Assembly (NCBI GenBank): GCA_963706025.1
Contig: CAVPLM010000005.1
Coordinates: 288,001-352,000, forward strand
Source: an uncultured Actinomycetes bacterium
GTDB taxonomy: Bacteria > Actinomycetota > Thermoleophilia > RBG-16-64-13
Reading direction: 5' to 3'
DNA length: 64,000 nucleotides
The position numbers were made by a program, and so were the translations under genes. The notes under the pieces were generated by a model. The model searched no databases, had not been told where the DNA came from, and saw nothing but the letters and a program-made list of their open reading frames with translations. This document shows positions 30,366 to 40,731 of the stretch, piece by piece. Position 1 is the stretch's first letter. The number at the start of each line of letters is the position of its first letter.

Positions 30366-30757
30366 GCGGAACGCCCGACGTGGACAACGATATCGAGACC
30401 CGCAGCAGCGACGCTCGGATCGTGGGGGGTGACCTGGCCATCACCGACCGGGCCATCGCCGACATCGTGGGTTGGACCGTGCTGGAGTGCTACGGTGTGG
30501 TGGGCATGGCCGCGCCCAGTCTCCGTCAGGGCGTGGCCTCGCTCCTCTCGCGCGACCGCCTGCATCAGGGCATCATTGTCGAGCAGACCCCGGAGCAACT
30601 CCGCATCAAGCTCTACATCATCGTCGAGTATGGGCTCAATGTGGCCGAAGTGGCGGGCAACGTCCGGTCCCAGGTGGCATACAACGTAGAGAAGATGACC
30701 GGTCGCCCGGTGACGGCGCTGCAGATCTACGTGCAAGGGGTCCGGGTTGGCGAATAG
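30362..30757 (+). CDS. Asp23/Gls24 family protein (YloU-like)
   Basis: ECYGVVGMA, IIVEYGLN, VQGVRV; upstream of DAK2 gene. Confidence 0.9.
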   Translation: MSGTPDVDNDIETRSSDARIVGGDLAITDRAIADIVGWTVLECYGVVGMAAPSLRQGVASLLSRDRLHQGIIVEQTPEQLRIKLYIIVEYGLNVAEVAGNVRSQVAYNVEKMTGRPVTALQIYVQGVRVGE

Positions 30758-32387
30758 CGATGGAGTGTCCCTCACCGTCCCGCAGGCGCGTGCTCTACTG
30801 ACGGCCGGTTTCCGGGCGCTCGAAGAGCGGAAGCAGGAGATCAACGATCTCAATGTCTACCCGGTCCCCGACGGGGACACGGGGACCAATCTGACTCTCA
30901 CTATGAGGGGAATCCTGGACGCTGTAGGCAGGCTGCCGGCCGGCCTCAGAGAGCCCGAACTCTGCGCCGCCATCTCGCAGGCTGCGCTCATGGGAGCGCG
31001 GGGTAACAGCGGGGTGATCCTATCTCAGATCATCCGCGGGGCCATGGAAGTGCTGGGTCAGGCAGGACCGGTCACCTGCGAAGTCTTGGCGCGCGCCTTC
31101 CGGCACGCGACCGAGACGGCGTACCGAGCCGTCCGTAAGCCGGTGGAAGGCACCATGCTCACGGTGCTGCGTGAGATGGCGGAGGCCGCGGCCGTGGCGC
31201 CGGCAGGCGGCGATTGTGCGGTCTTCATGGATGAAGTGGTGGCGGCGGGCTGGAAGAGCGTGGAGCGGACACCCTCGCTGCTCAAGGTCCTAGCGGACGC
31301 CGGAGTGGTCGACGCGGGGGGATACGGCTTGGTGGTGCTCGTCCAAGGCGCCAGAAATGGCCGGAGCGATTGGGAGCCGGCCGTAGCCACTCACATCCAG
31401 CAAGCCCCCGTCATGGCCGCCCGCTTCGCCCAGGAGGAAGCCGAGGAGGAGAGTCGCTTCACCTACTGCACCAGCTTCCTGTTGACCGGTCAGGGACTGG
31501 ACCAGGCGCTTCTGGAGGAACAGTTGAGTCAGCTGGGAGACAGCCTGCTGGTCGTGGGGGATCAGTGGCGACTCAAGGTCCACGTGCACACCGACGACCC
31601 GGGCCGAGTGCTGGGATTGGCGACCTCTCTCGGTGTTTTGAGCGAGATAGAGATCGACAACATGAAGGAACAGACCGCCGCGCGTCTGCGGCGCCTGGCT
31701 GAGACTTCCGAAGCGGCTGCGACGGATCCAGGGCTCACTCAGGTGGTGGCTGTGGTCGTAGGGGAGGGGAACAAGACGCTGTTCCGCAACCTGGGCGTCG
31801 ACCTCGTCGTCGATGGTGGACAGTCGATGAACCCCTCGGCAGAAGACCTTCTTCGGGCGGTGGATAGAGCGGCCGCTCCCTCAGTGGTCATACTGCCCAA
31901 CAACAGCAACGTGATCATGACCGCCGAGCAGACGATCGAACTTGCGGAGAAGGAAGTGCTGGTGGTGCCTACCCGGTCCATCCAGGCGGGTCTCACCGCG
32001 GCCGTCTCCTATGATCGGAGACTCTCGGGTGCCGATAACGCCCGGGAGATGCAGGTCGCGATGGAGAGCGTCCTGACCGCCGAGGTCACCCAGGCCGTCA
32101 GGGACTCGCTGGTCGATGGCGTGCAGATAAGGGCTGAGGACTTCATCGGCCTGGTAGGGGACAGGGTGGTGGTCGCGAGCCGCGACCTCGAGGCTGTCGT
32201 GGAAGAGGTGGCCGCTCGGCTCGTTGGCCAGGATCGGGAGATACTCACCCTGTTGGTAGGCGATGACGCGAACGCCCCCAGGGTGACCGCCATGGTCGAT
32301 CGGCTTCGCGCCCTCCATCCCACACTGGAGATCGAAGTCCACGAAGGCGGGCAACCGTTCTATCCGGTGCTTCTGTCGGCAGAGTAG
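30747..32387 (+). CDS. fakA: DAK2-domain fatty acid kinase subunit
   Basis: LNVYPVPDGDTGTN, GARGNSG, VDAGG, KVHVH, GGQSMNPS. Confidence 0.9.
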   Translation: MANSDGVSLTVPQARALLTAGFRALEERKQEINDLNVYPVPDGDTGTNLTLTMRGILDAVGRLPAGLREPELCAAISQAALMGARGNSGVILSQIIRGAMEVLGQAGPVTCEVLARAFRHATETAYRAVRKPVEGTMLTVLREMAEAAAVAPAGGDCAVFMDEVVAAGWKSVERTPSLLKVLADAGVVDAGGYGLVVLVQGARNGRSDWEPAVATHIQQAPVMAARFAQEEAEEESRFTYCTSFLLTGQGLDQALLEEQLSQLGDSLLVVGDQWRLKVHVHTDDPGRVLGLATSLGVLSEIEIDNMKEQTAARLRRLAETSEAAATDPGLTQVVAVVVGEGNKTLFRNLGVDLVVDGGQSMNPSAEDLLRAVDRAAAPSVVILPNNSNVIMTAEQTIELAEKEVLVVPTRSIQAGLTAAVSYDRRLSGADNAREMQVAMESVLTAEVTQAVRDSLVDGVQIRAEDFIGLVGDRVVVASRDLEAVVEEVAARLVGQDREILTLLVGDDANAPRVTAMVDRLRALHPTLEIEVHEGGQPFYPVLLSAE

Positions 32388-32429
32388 TGAGAGACAGGCG
32401 GCGTCGACCTAGAGAGGGGTGAGGACAAA

Positions 32430-33287
32430 ATGATCCTCGATCGCAGATCCACCGCGATAGTCGTTGATTCCACCTCCGACCTGCCTGATCACCTCGCGAC
32501 CGACTCCAACATCTCTATGGTGCCTCTGACCGTGTACTTCGGCGAGGAGGCCTATCTCGATTGGACCGAGCTCAAGCCCACCGAATTCTACGCGAAGCTG
32601 AAGGCGGCACCTGAGCTTCCCCGCACCTCACAGCCCTCCGCCGGGGCCTTTCTTGAGCAGTACAAGAAGCTGCGCGAGCAGTACGAGCGCGTCTACTCCA
32701 TTCACCTGAGCGGCAAGCTCAGCGGCACGGTCGCCAGTGCCGAGGTGGCCGCGGGTCAGATCGACGGGGTGAAGGTGGTCGATTCCCAGTTGGCCACCGG
32801 GGGCATCGCGCTCCTGGTCGATCGCGTACTCGCTCGTGTGGATCAGGGTACCCCGGAGGAGGAGGTCGACGCCTACATCGAGAGGTTCCTGGCCGAGAAG
32901 ACCTTCTTCTTCCTGCCCACCACGCTCGACCAGCTTTACAAAGGGGGACGCATCGGCCGGGCCTCGCATCTGGTGGGGACCTTACTCAACATCAAGCCGG
33001 TGCTCAGCATCGACGAGGGCGTCATCGACGTGTACAAGAAGGTGAGGGGGCTCAGGCAGGCCCTGGAGCTCATGCGCGACGGCATGATCGAGCGGACGGC
33101 ACCGGGGGCCAAGATCTTCGTCAGCCTATCCCACGCCGAGAATCCGCCGGTGCTGGAGGAGTTGCGCGCGCTGGTCCTGGGAGTGGCCGATCGCGATATC
33201 GAGATCCGGCTGACCAGTGTGGTCGGTTCCGTCATCGGGACCTACGTCGGCTGGGGCGCGGTCGCCCTCTCTTTCATCCAGGAATGA
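32430..33287 (+). CDS. DegV family fatty acid-binding protein (FakB-like)
   Basis: DSTSDL, RTSQPS, LSGT, GGRIG, LNIKPVL. Confidence 0.92.
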   Translation: MILDRRSTAIVVDSTSDLPDHLATDSNISMVPLTVYFGEEAYLDWTELKPTEFYAKLKAAPELPRTSQPSAGAFLEQYKKLREQYERVYSIHLSGKLSGTVASAEVAAGQIDGVKVVDSQLATGGIALLVDRVLARVDQGTPEEEVDAYIERFLAEKTFFFLPTTLDQLYKGGRIGRASHLVGTLLNIKPVLSIDEGVIDVYKKVRGLRQALELMRDGMIERTAPGAKIFVSLSHAENPPVLEELRALVLGVADRDIEIRLTSVVGSVIGTYVGWGAVALSFIQE

Positions 33288-35462
33288 GCAGGGCCGCAAG
33301 GGGTGGGCTTCATTACCCCTTAGGATCTGTCTCCCTGCTCCGGCCTGGTGGTCTGCGGCCGGCCCATGTCTCCAAGGAGAACCTGGACCCGAGGCAGCTC
33401 GAGCACCCGGTCTCCATGCTTCAGGGAGTGGGCAGGGCGACCGAGAGAAAGCTCCGCGGCCTGGGCATAGAGACGGTCCGCGATCTGCTGCTCCATCTGC
33501 CCTTCCGTCACGAGACGCCCTCCCGCATCGCGAGGATATGCGACATGTGCCTGGGCGAAGAAGTGACGCTACGCGTGCAGGTGATCTCCTGTGCCGTCAG
33601 TGAGACGGCCAGGCGCCGGGTGAAAGTGCTCGAGGCGCTCGTGTCCGATGACAGCGGCAGCGTGTTGGCCACCTGGTACAACCAGGCCTATCTGGAACCG
33701 GCCTTCCGGGAGCGGCCGGAAGTGCTGGTGAAGGGAATGCTGCTGCGGCGGCGGGGCAAGTCGACGTTCTTGGTGAAGCGGCACGAGATCTTGGCGGCCG
33801 CCGGCGAGAGCCATCACATCCTTGGTCTGGTTCCGGTCTACCCGAGCACCGCCGACTTGAGCGTGCGGACCATCCGCACGGTTCTGCACCAGGCGGCACC
33901 TTACGCGCGTCATCTCCTCGACCCTCTGCCGGCCGCACTGCGGGCGCAAAGGCGCTATCCCGGCAAGGCGGAGGCGGTGCTGTCTTGCCATTTCCCGTCG
34001 AGTCTGAGGGAGGCTGAGCGCGCGCGCGAGCGGTTGGCTTTCGAGGAATTGCTCCTCCTGCAAGTGGCCGTTCTGCGCCGCCGGATGGCTGAGGACTCGC
34101 TCCGCAAAGCCCGTCCCCTGGCTCCGGCCGCCGGCCTGGCCGATGGTTTCGTGGATGGGTCTGCCCTACGCGCCGACCTCGGCGCAACGGCGGGTCATCT
34201 CCGAGATCGAGACCGACTTGGTACGGGCGGTGCCCATGCGGCGCCTGCTGCACGGAGACGTGGGCTCGGGGAAGACCATGGTGGCGGCGTATTGCCTTCT
34301 GCGGGCGGTCGAAGAGGGTGGACAGGCCGCCCTGATGGCGCCCACCGAGGTCCTCGCCGACCAGCACTACCTCGGCCTGTCGGAGCAGTTGGGCGCTCAT
34401 GGGGTGAACGTGCGGCTTCTGAAAGGCAGTCAGCGTGGGGCCGAGCGTCGGGCGGCTCTCGAAGCCCTGGCTGCGGGAGAGGCGGATGTAGTGGTGGGAA
34501 CGCACGCTCTGATCCAGGACGGTGTCCGCTTCCGCGACCTCAGGGTGGCCGTGGTGGACGAGCAACATCGCTTCGGTGTGCGTCAGCGCGAGGCGATCCT
34601 GGCTCCGGACGAGGGCGGGCTCTGGCCGCACACGCTTCATATGTCGGCCACACCCATTCCCCGTACGTTGAGCCTCACTCTCTACGGCGACCTGGACGTC
34701 AGCGTGCTGGACGAGATGCCACCCGGCCGAAAGCCGGTTCGTACGCGGCTGGTCTTCGGGGGGTCCGAAGCCCAAATGTGGGAGTTTGTCAGGGCTCAGC
34801 TGGCTCAGGGTCGGCAGGCATACGTGGTGTGTCCGCTCATCGAGGAGAGCGAGGCACTGCAGACGGCCTCGGCGCGCCAGACCTACGAGGACCTGCGGGC
34901 AGGGGAGCTGGCCGGCTTCCGACTCAGGCTCCTGCACGGCCAGCTCCCCTCGGCCGAGAAGATGGCCGCCATGGCGGCATACGTCCAGGGCTCGGTCGAC
35001 GTCCTCGTGAGCACGTCCGTGATCGAGGTGGGGGTGGACGTGGCTAACGCCACGGTGATGGTCATCATGGGCGCCCGCCGGTTCGGCCTCTCGCAACTCC
35101 ACCAACTGCGGGGCCGGGTAGGGCGAGGGGCGGAGGACTCGTACTGTTTCTTGTTGGCCGAGGGCGAGGACGAAACGGTTCTGGAGCGGCTCGCTCTGTT
35201 CGCCCGTACCAGCGATGGGTTCGCCCTGGCCGAGGCCGACCTACTCGCCCGGGGAGAAGGGCAGTTGTTCGGGGAGCGACAGTCCGGCCTGGGCGATCTG
35301 GAGGTGGCCTCTCTCGTGAGGGACCGTCGTCTCCTGGAGGAGGCGCGAGAAGTCGCTGCCGCTATGCTTGGGGGAGGCGCCGGGCGCGAAGCCCCGGCGC
35401 CCCTGATCGAGGCCGCGGAGGCCCGATTCGGTAACAAGATCACCTGGGTGGACAGGGTGTGA
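33284..35462 (+). CDS. recG: ATP-dependent DNA helicase RecG, split by +1 frameshift near 34158
   Basis: RLAFEEL, then GDVGSGKT, DEQHRFG, MSATPIPR, QLRGRVGR. Confidence 0.93.
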
Positions 35463-36034
35463 CCGGTCCATCCCCGGGCAGAGTGCGGATCGTGGCCGGC
35501 GCCAACCGGGGCCGCTATCTGAAGGTGGCCGCTGCTGCCGGGATCAGACCCACGGGCGAGAAGGTACGCGAGGCCATCTTCGACGTGCTCGGTCCCGTGG
35601 ACGGTCTGGCGGTCCTGGACCTGTTCGCCGGCACGGGCGCCATGGGGTTGGAGGCGCTCTCGCGCGGAGCCGGATCATGCGTCTTCGTAGAAGAGACCCC
35701 GGCTGTGGCCACCGTCTTACGAGCGAATATCACGATGCTCGGCTACCAGTTGGTCTGCCACGTCATGTTGTGCGACTTCCGAGAGGCTCTGCAGCGACTC
35801 GTCGAGCGGAGCTCGGCCTTTGATTTGCTCTTTGTGGACCCTCCCTATAGAATGCTGGCGGAGGTCGAAGTCGCATTGGGACCGTTGTTGCCATCCCTTC
35901 TCGCCGACGACGGGGTGGTGGTCACCGAGGGAGACAGGTCGACACGCGTGACCTTCAGCCGGCCCCCGGTGTTCGACCGTGTCTATGGTGCCACGAGGGT
36001 CACGATGGTCAGGAACAGAGGGAGTATTCGGTGA
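35459..36034 (+). CDS. rsmD: 16S rRNA m2G966 methyltransferase
   Basis: RPTGEKVREAIF, LDLFAGTG, DPPY. Confidence 0.92.
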   Translation: MTGPSPGRVRIVAGANRGRYLKVAAAAGIRPTGEKVREAIFDVLGPVDGLAVLDLFAGTGAMGLEALSRGAGSCVFVEETPAVATVLRANITMLGYQLVCHVMLCDFREALQRLVERSSAFDLLFVDPPYRMLAEVEVALGPLLPSLLADDGVVVTEGDRSTRVTFSRPPVFDRVYGATRVTMVRNRGSIR

Positions 36035-36522
36035 AGACGGCGCTGTGCCCGGGCACCTATGATCCTGTGACTGTCGGACACATCGATACCATCATGCGAT
36101 GTGCGGCTATGTTCGACGAGGTAGTCGTGGCAGTCGTGGATCTCCCGTACCGCAAGTCGATCCTGTTCTCCACCGAAGAGCGGGCTTACTTCCTGGAGGA
36201 GTCCACGAAGTCCCTGCCGAATGTAAGAGTCGCTGTCATGCGTACCCTGGTGGTGGAGTTCGCTCGGGAAGTCGGCGCCAGTGTATTGGTGAAGGGGCTC
36301 AGGGCCCTCACTGATTTCGAGTATGAGTTCCAGATGGCGCAACTCAACCGGAAGCTGGACCCTGAGCTGGAGACGATGTACCTTATGGCCTCACCAGAGT
36401 ATTCGTTCCTCAGCTCGAGTGGGGTCAAGGAGATCGCCAGGTACGGTGGTTGTGTGAGTGATCTGGTGCCCGAGATAGTCGAGCGTCGTTTCACGGAAAT
36501 GTATGGATTCGCGGAGGCATAG
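36031..36522 (+). CDS. coaD: Phosphopantetheine adenylyltransferase
   Basis: PGTYDPVTVGH, GLR..DFEYE, SSSGVKE. Confidence 0.96.
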   Translation: MKTALCPGTYDPVTVGHIDTIMRCAAMFDEVVVAVVDLPYRKSILFSTEERAYFLEESTKSLPNVRVAVMRTLVVEFAREVGASVLVKGLRALTDFEYEFQMAQLNRKLDPELETMYLMASPEYSFLSSSGVKEIARYGGCVSDLVPEIVERRFTEMYGFAEA

Positions 36523-36525
36523 AGC

Positions 36526-36987
36526 ATGGACGTTCTCGTTCTGATCGACAAACTGGACGATCTTGTCCACGGTGCCAGCACGTTCCCGATGACCGACAAG
36601 GTCATGATCGACCGCGATGAGATCTATGACCTGCTCGATCAGATGAGAGCCACCATACCGGAAGAGATCAAGCAGGCTCGCTGGATCGTCAAGGAACGTC
36701 AGGAGATGCTCCAAGAGGCCAAAGAGGAGTCTGAGCGCATACTGTCCGAAGCTCGCGAAGAGGCGCAGAGGCTGGCAAGCGAACAGGAAGTCGTCAAACG
36801 GGCTCAGCGGCAATCCGAGGACATCATCCGCGAGGCGGAAGCCCGGGAACGCGAGATCAGACTAGGAGCCGAGGATTACGCCGACGAGATCCTCAAGACT
36901 CTGGAGACCAACCTCGACAAGTTCTTGGCCGCCGTGCAAAGAGGCCGGGAACGCCTCCAGACCGGTGGTCCCGGAGAGGGAGCGTAA
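36526..36987 (+). CDS. Coiled-coil DivIVA-like protein (SepIVA-like by synteny)
   Basis: IPEEIKQARWIVKER...AEDYADE between coaD and DUF177. Confidence 0.75.
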   Translation: MDVLVLIDKLDDLVHGASTFPMTDKVMIDRDEIYDLLDQMRATIPEEIKQARWIVKERQEMLQEAKEESERILSEAREEAQRLASEQEVVKRAQRQSEDIIREAEAREREIRLGAEDYADEILKTLETNLDKFLAAVQRGRERLQTGGPGEGA

Positions 36988-37031
36988 GCCGGCCTGTAGC
37001 CCTGTCGGTCCTTTCGCCTCTCCCCGGTCAA

Positions 37032-37538
37032 GTGATACTGGACCTGCATGACCTCGCCCTGCGCACGGGCGATCGGTTCGAGAGTTCATTTCCCCTGCAG
37101 ATGGCATCCCTCGTCCTGGGCGGAGCTTCGTACGAGGTGCTCGTGCCGGGGAATGTCACTGTGGTCGTCGAGCGGGTGGTGGGCGGGTTCCTGGTGGAGG
37201 TCGCTCTCCGGGCCCGCGTTTACGGGCCCTGCGCCCGCTGTCTCGAGGAGGCTACTGTCGAGGTCGAAGCGCGGCAGCAGGAGTTCGCACCCACCGCCAA
37301 GGACGGGTGGGAGGAGTCGGATCTGAGTGCCTTTGTGGAGGACCTGGTGGTGGATGTGGATGGTATCGCCAGGGAGGCGCTCGTGCTCGCCCTCCCCGGT
37401 CAAGTGCTGTGCTTGGAATCGTGCCGGGGGCTCTGTCCGCAGTGTGGCCAGGATCTCAACCGGGGCACTTGCGAATGCGGCGGGAAAGAGGCCGAAGAAC
37501 GCTGGAACAAGCTGAGGGATCTGAAGCTCGAGGACTGA
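37032..37538 (+). CDS. DUF177 (YceD) family protein
   Basis: CARCL, C..CRGLCPQCG.DLN..CEC; upstream of rpmF. Confidence 0.9.
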   Translation: MILDLHDLALRTGDRFESSFPLQMASLVLGGASYEVLVPGNVTVVVERVVGGFLVEVALRARVYGPCARCLEEATVEVEARQQEFAPTAKDGWEESDLSAFVEDLVVDVDGIAREALVLALPGQVLCLESCRGLCPQCGQDLNRGTCECGGKEAEERWNKLRDLKLED

Positions 37539-37623
37539 CCGCCGTGTGGGCCGGGCCTTGAAATATCGCGATGGATGAGGTACAAACTGACGGTTTCCCC
37601 GTCGGTGAAGAGAGAGGCAGATA

Positions 37624-37803
37624 ATGGCTGTTCCCAAGAGAAAGACTTCGCGGACTCGCCGAGACTCGCGGCGCGCGACCCATGCCTGTAGCGCCCCGAC
37701 CATCGTCGAGTGCCCTCATTGCCACAGTCCGAAGGCGCCGCACAAGGTATGCCCCAACTGCGGCATGTACAACGGCCGCCAGATCGTCAAGGTAGAGGAG
37801 TGA
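37624..37803 (+). CDS. rpmF: 50S ribosomal protein L32
   Basis: Manual translation MAVPKRKTSRTRRDSRRA...CPHC..PHKVCPNCG. Confidence 0.96.
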   Translation: MAVPKRKTSRTRRDSRRATHACSAPTIVECPHCHSPKAPHKVCPNCGMYNGRQIVKVEE

Positions 37804-37855
37804 GACCCGGGCCTAGACAGCCGCTAGGCCTCGGCCGGCTGGGAAACGAGGGCCT

Positions 37856-38101
37856 ATGCAGATCATAGTGCAAGAGGGAGAGGCGTCGGTTAGTCTCGTG
37901 GCGACTATCCATGCTCCGGATGAGAATCTCCGCACCACTACGGTCAGCCATGTAGCGGGGCCCGTCAAGGTCTACTATCGGGACTTCGAGGTGGTACGCA
38001 TCGACACGCGCGAAGGTTCGCTCGAGATCATGCCGGCGGCCATTGCGGCCATCAGCTGGATAAGGAAAGATCGCTGCTACCAGCTCAAGAGCGGCGACTA
38101 G
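37856..38101 (+). CDS. Hypothetical protein (81 aa)
   Basis: RBS GAGGG, coding-like ORF filling the gap; no family recognised. Confidence 0.55.
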   Translation: MQIIVQEGEASVSLVATIHAPDENLRTTTVSHVAGPVKVYYRDFEVVRIDTREGSLEIMPAAIAAISWIRKDRCYQLKSGD

Positions 38102-38281
38102 GGCGAAAGCGGGGCCTTAATCCGTGCCTGTTCGCGAGGATCGAGTGAAGACCGCGATTGCGTTTGGAGAAGACCGTAGGTATGTCGAGGACGCTGCCCG
38201 GCGGGCGGCGTTCGCTGTTTTCGGGGCCAGAAACCCGGGATTCAACGATATCGCAATGAAAGCCTGAAGCGAGGAGGAGCC

Positions 38282-40368
38282 ATGGCGTTGGCGGACCCGG
38301 CCAAGATAAGGAACATCGCGGTGGTGGGCCACCGAGGAGCGGGGAAGACTTCTCTCGTAGAGGCGCTGCTGTTCACGGCAGGGGCGAAGAACCGTCTCGG
38401 CGCGGTCATGGAGGGCACGACCACCATGGACCACGAAGAGGATGAGATCAGACGGCAGATGACCATTTCCACCGGACTCGCCCACGTGGACTGGGCGAAC
38501 CACAGGATCAACCTGGTCGACACCCCCGGAGAGGCTTCCTTCATCAATGAGGCCCTGGGCACCCTGTCCGTCGTGGAGGGGGTGCTGATGGTGGTGAACG
38601 CGGTCACCAAGGTGGAGGTACAGACCGAGCGGATCTGGAAACGCGCCGGCGATATGGGTGTGTCCCGAGTGGTCGCCGTCAACATGATGGATCGGGAGCG
38701 CGCTCATTTCGGTGAAGCGTTGGCTGCTCTGCGCAATCGGTTCGGCGACGAGGTTGTGGCGGTCGCACTGCCGATGGGTGAAGAAGCCGGTTTCAAAGGT
38801 GTCATCGACCTGATCACCATGAAGGCCTGCACTTATTCCGACACAGCCGGCAAGGGCGCCGAAGGCCCCATCCCAGCCGAATTGCAGCAGGCTGCCGAAG
38901 ACGCTCGTGAGGTTTTGGTCGACCGGGTGGCTGAGGCGGACGACGCGCTCTTGGAGAAGTACTTGGAGGGGACAGAACTGACAGCCGGTGAGATCGCGGC
39001 CGCCCTCAGAGCGGCCGTGGCGGCCGGCGGCATCTGTCCGGTGACGCCTGTCTCGGCGACCAAGAACATCGGCTCCGACAGGCTCTTGGACCTCATGCTG
39101 TCGGTGCCTTCTCCGGAAGTGAAGGAGGTGCGCAAAGCGCTCAAGGGCGCGAGCGGCACGGAAGAGATCCAGGTGGCTCTCAAGGCGTCGGCTCCCACTT
39201 CTCTCTTCGTGTTCAAGACGATCTACGACCAGTTCTCGGGCCGGGTCAACCTCGTCCGGCTGTTCTCGGGCAAGATCGCCACCGACACGCAGCTGCTCAA
39301 CGACCGGACGAACGAGAAGGAACGCACCGGCAATATCCTCCTCATGCAGGGCAAAGACACCAAGGGGATCGAGGAAGCCGGCGCCGGGGACATCGTCGCG
39401 CTTGCGAAGCTCAAGGACACCGGCACGGGCGATACCCTGTCCGACCCCGGCAACCCGGTGCGCTTCCCCCGCTACGAGTTCCCGCCGCCGGCGATCTCCT
39501 TTGCCATCACTCCCAAGACCCGCGGCGACGAGGAGAAGGTCTCCAACGGTCTCAGGCGCCTGGGCGAAGAAGACCCGGCGATGGAACTGCGCTTCGATCC
39601 TCAGACCAAGGAGATGATCATCTCGGGGACCAGCCAGGTACATGTGGAGGTCATACTCGACAAGCTCAAGCGCCGTTTCGGCGTGGAAGTCGACCTGCAC
39701 CCGCCGCAGGTGCCCTATCGGGAGACCGTCCGCAAGAAAGCGACCGCCCAGGGCCGGCATAAGAAGCAGACCGGGGGCCGGGGACAGTTCGGCGACTGTT
39801 GGATCGAGGTCGAACCGTTGCCGCGGGGCGAGGGTTACCAGTTCGATGATGCCATCTTCGGTGGCTCCATCCCCCGCAACTTCATCCCCGCCGTGGAGAA
39901 GGGCGTCATCGAGGCCATGGAGCACGGCGTCGTGGCGGGCTATCCGGTTGTGGACGTCAAGGTCAAGCTCTACGACGGCTCGTATCACACCGTGGACTCT
40001 TCCGAGCTGGCCTTCAAGTTGGCGGGTACTCTGGCCTGGAACAAGGCGATGAGCGAGGCCATGCCGGTCCTTCTGGAACCGGTCGTGAACGTGGAGGTGA
40101 TCGCTCCCGAGGAGAGCATGGGCGACATCATGGGTGACCTCTCCAGCCGTCGAGGCCGTCCTCAGGGGGCGAGAGCATGGGGGAGATGCATATCATCAGG
40201 GCCCAGGTACCACTGGCGGAGATGCTCACCTATGCGCCTCAGTTGCGTTCCATGACCGCCGGCCGCGGTTCGTTCACGCTCGAGTTCGATCACTACGAAG
40301 AAGTGCCCGTCCACCTGGTGGACAAGATCGTCGCGGAAGCCAAAGCCCGCAAGGCAGGAGAGTCCTAA
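38282..40368 (+). CDS. Elongation factor G paralog (EF-G2-like), frameshift near 40166
   Basis: [40 protein letters not shown]; C-terminus [13 protein letters not shown] in shifted frame. Confidence 0.9.
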
Positions 40369-40369
40369 C

Positions 40370-40534
40370 ATGAAAAAGTGGATCTGCTTGGTGTGTGACT
40401 ACGTCTACGATCCCGCCGCGGGGGATCCTACACAGGATGTTCCGCCGGGCACCCCCTTCGAAGAGCTGCCCGAGGGCTGGATATGCCCAGATTGTGGCGT
40501 GGGAGTGGAAGAGTTCGAGGAGATGGAGGACTGA
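40370..40534 (+). CDS. Rubredoxin
   Basis: Manual translation [54 protein letters not shown]. Confidence 0.95.
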   Translation: MKKWICLVCDYVYDPAAGDPTQDVPPGTPFEELPEGWICPDCGVGVEEFEEMED

Positions 40535-40670
40535 CCGAGCACCTTAACCACACCGATCGTGGCGAGATAGCCAAGCTGGCGTATCGGGTGTCAAAGCACC
40601 TGTAAGCTCTATCTCCACCTGAAGGTCCGGGCTCAAGGGATTCACCTGCCGTTCCGAAAGAGTGCGCAGG

Positions 40671-40712
40671 AGGGTTGCAATGAATGTTGTATAATTCAAC
40701 ACATGCAACCCT
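40671..40712 (+). promoter_or_regulatory. Inverted repeat/operator overlapping a TATAAT -10 box of the RpiR gene
   Basis: AGGGTTGCA...TGCAACCCT; internal TGAAT-N8-ATTCA; TATAAT at 40690. Confidence 0.55.
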
Positions 40713-40731
40713 TGGCAGCTTTGGAGGGGAC

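Noticed and set aside
38117-39988. Long antisense ORFs (623 aa here; also 19039-20724, 33597-35105, 49452-50981)
   Set aside because: Shadow ORFs opposite well-conserved genes, expected in high-GC DNA; no motifs.
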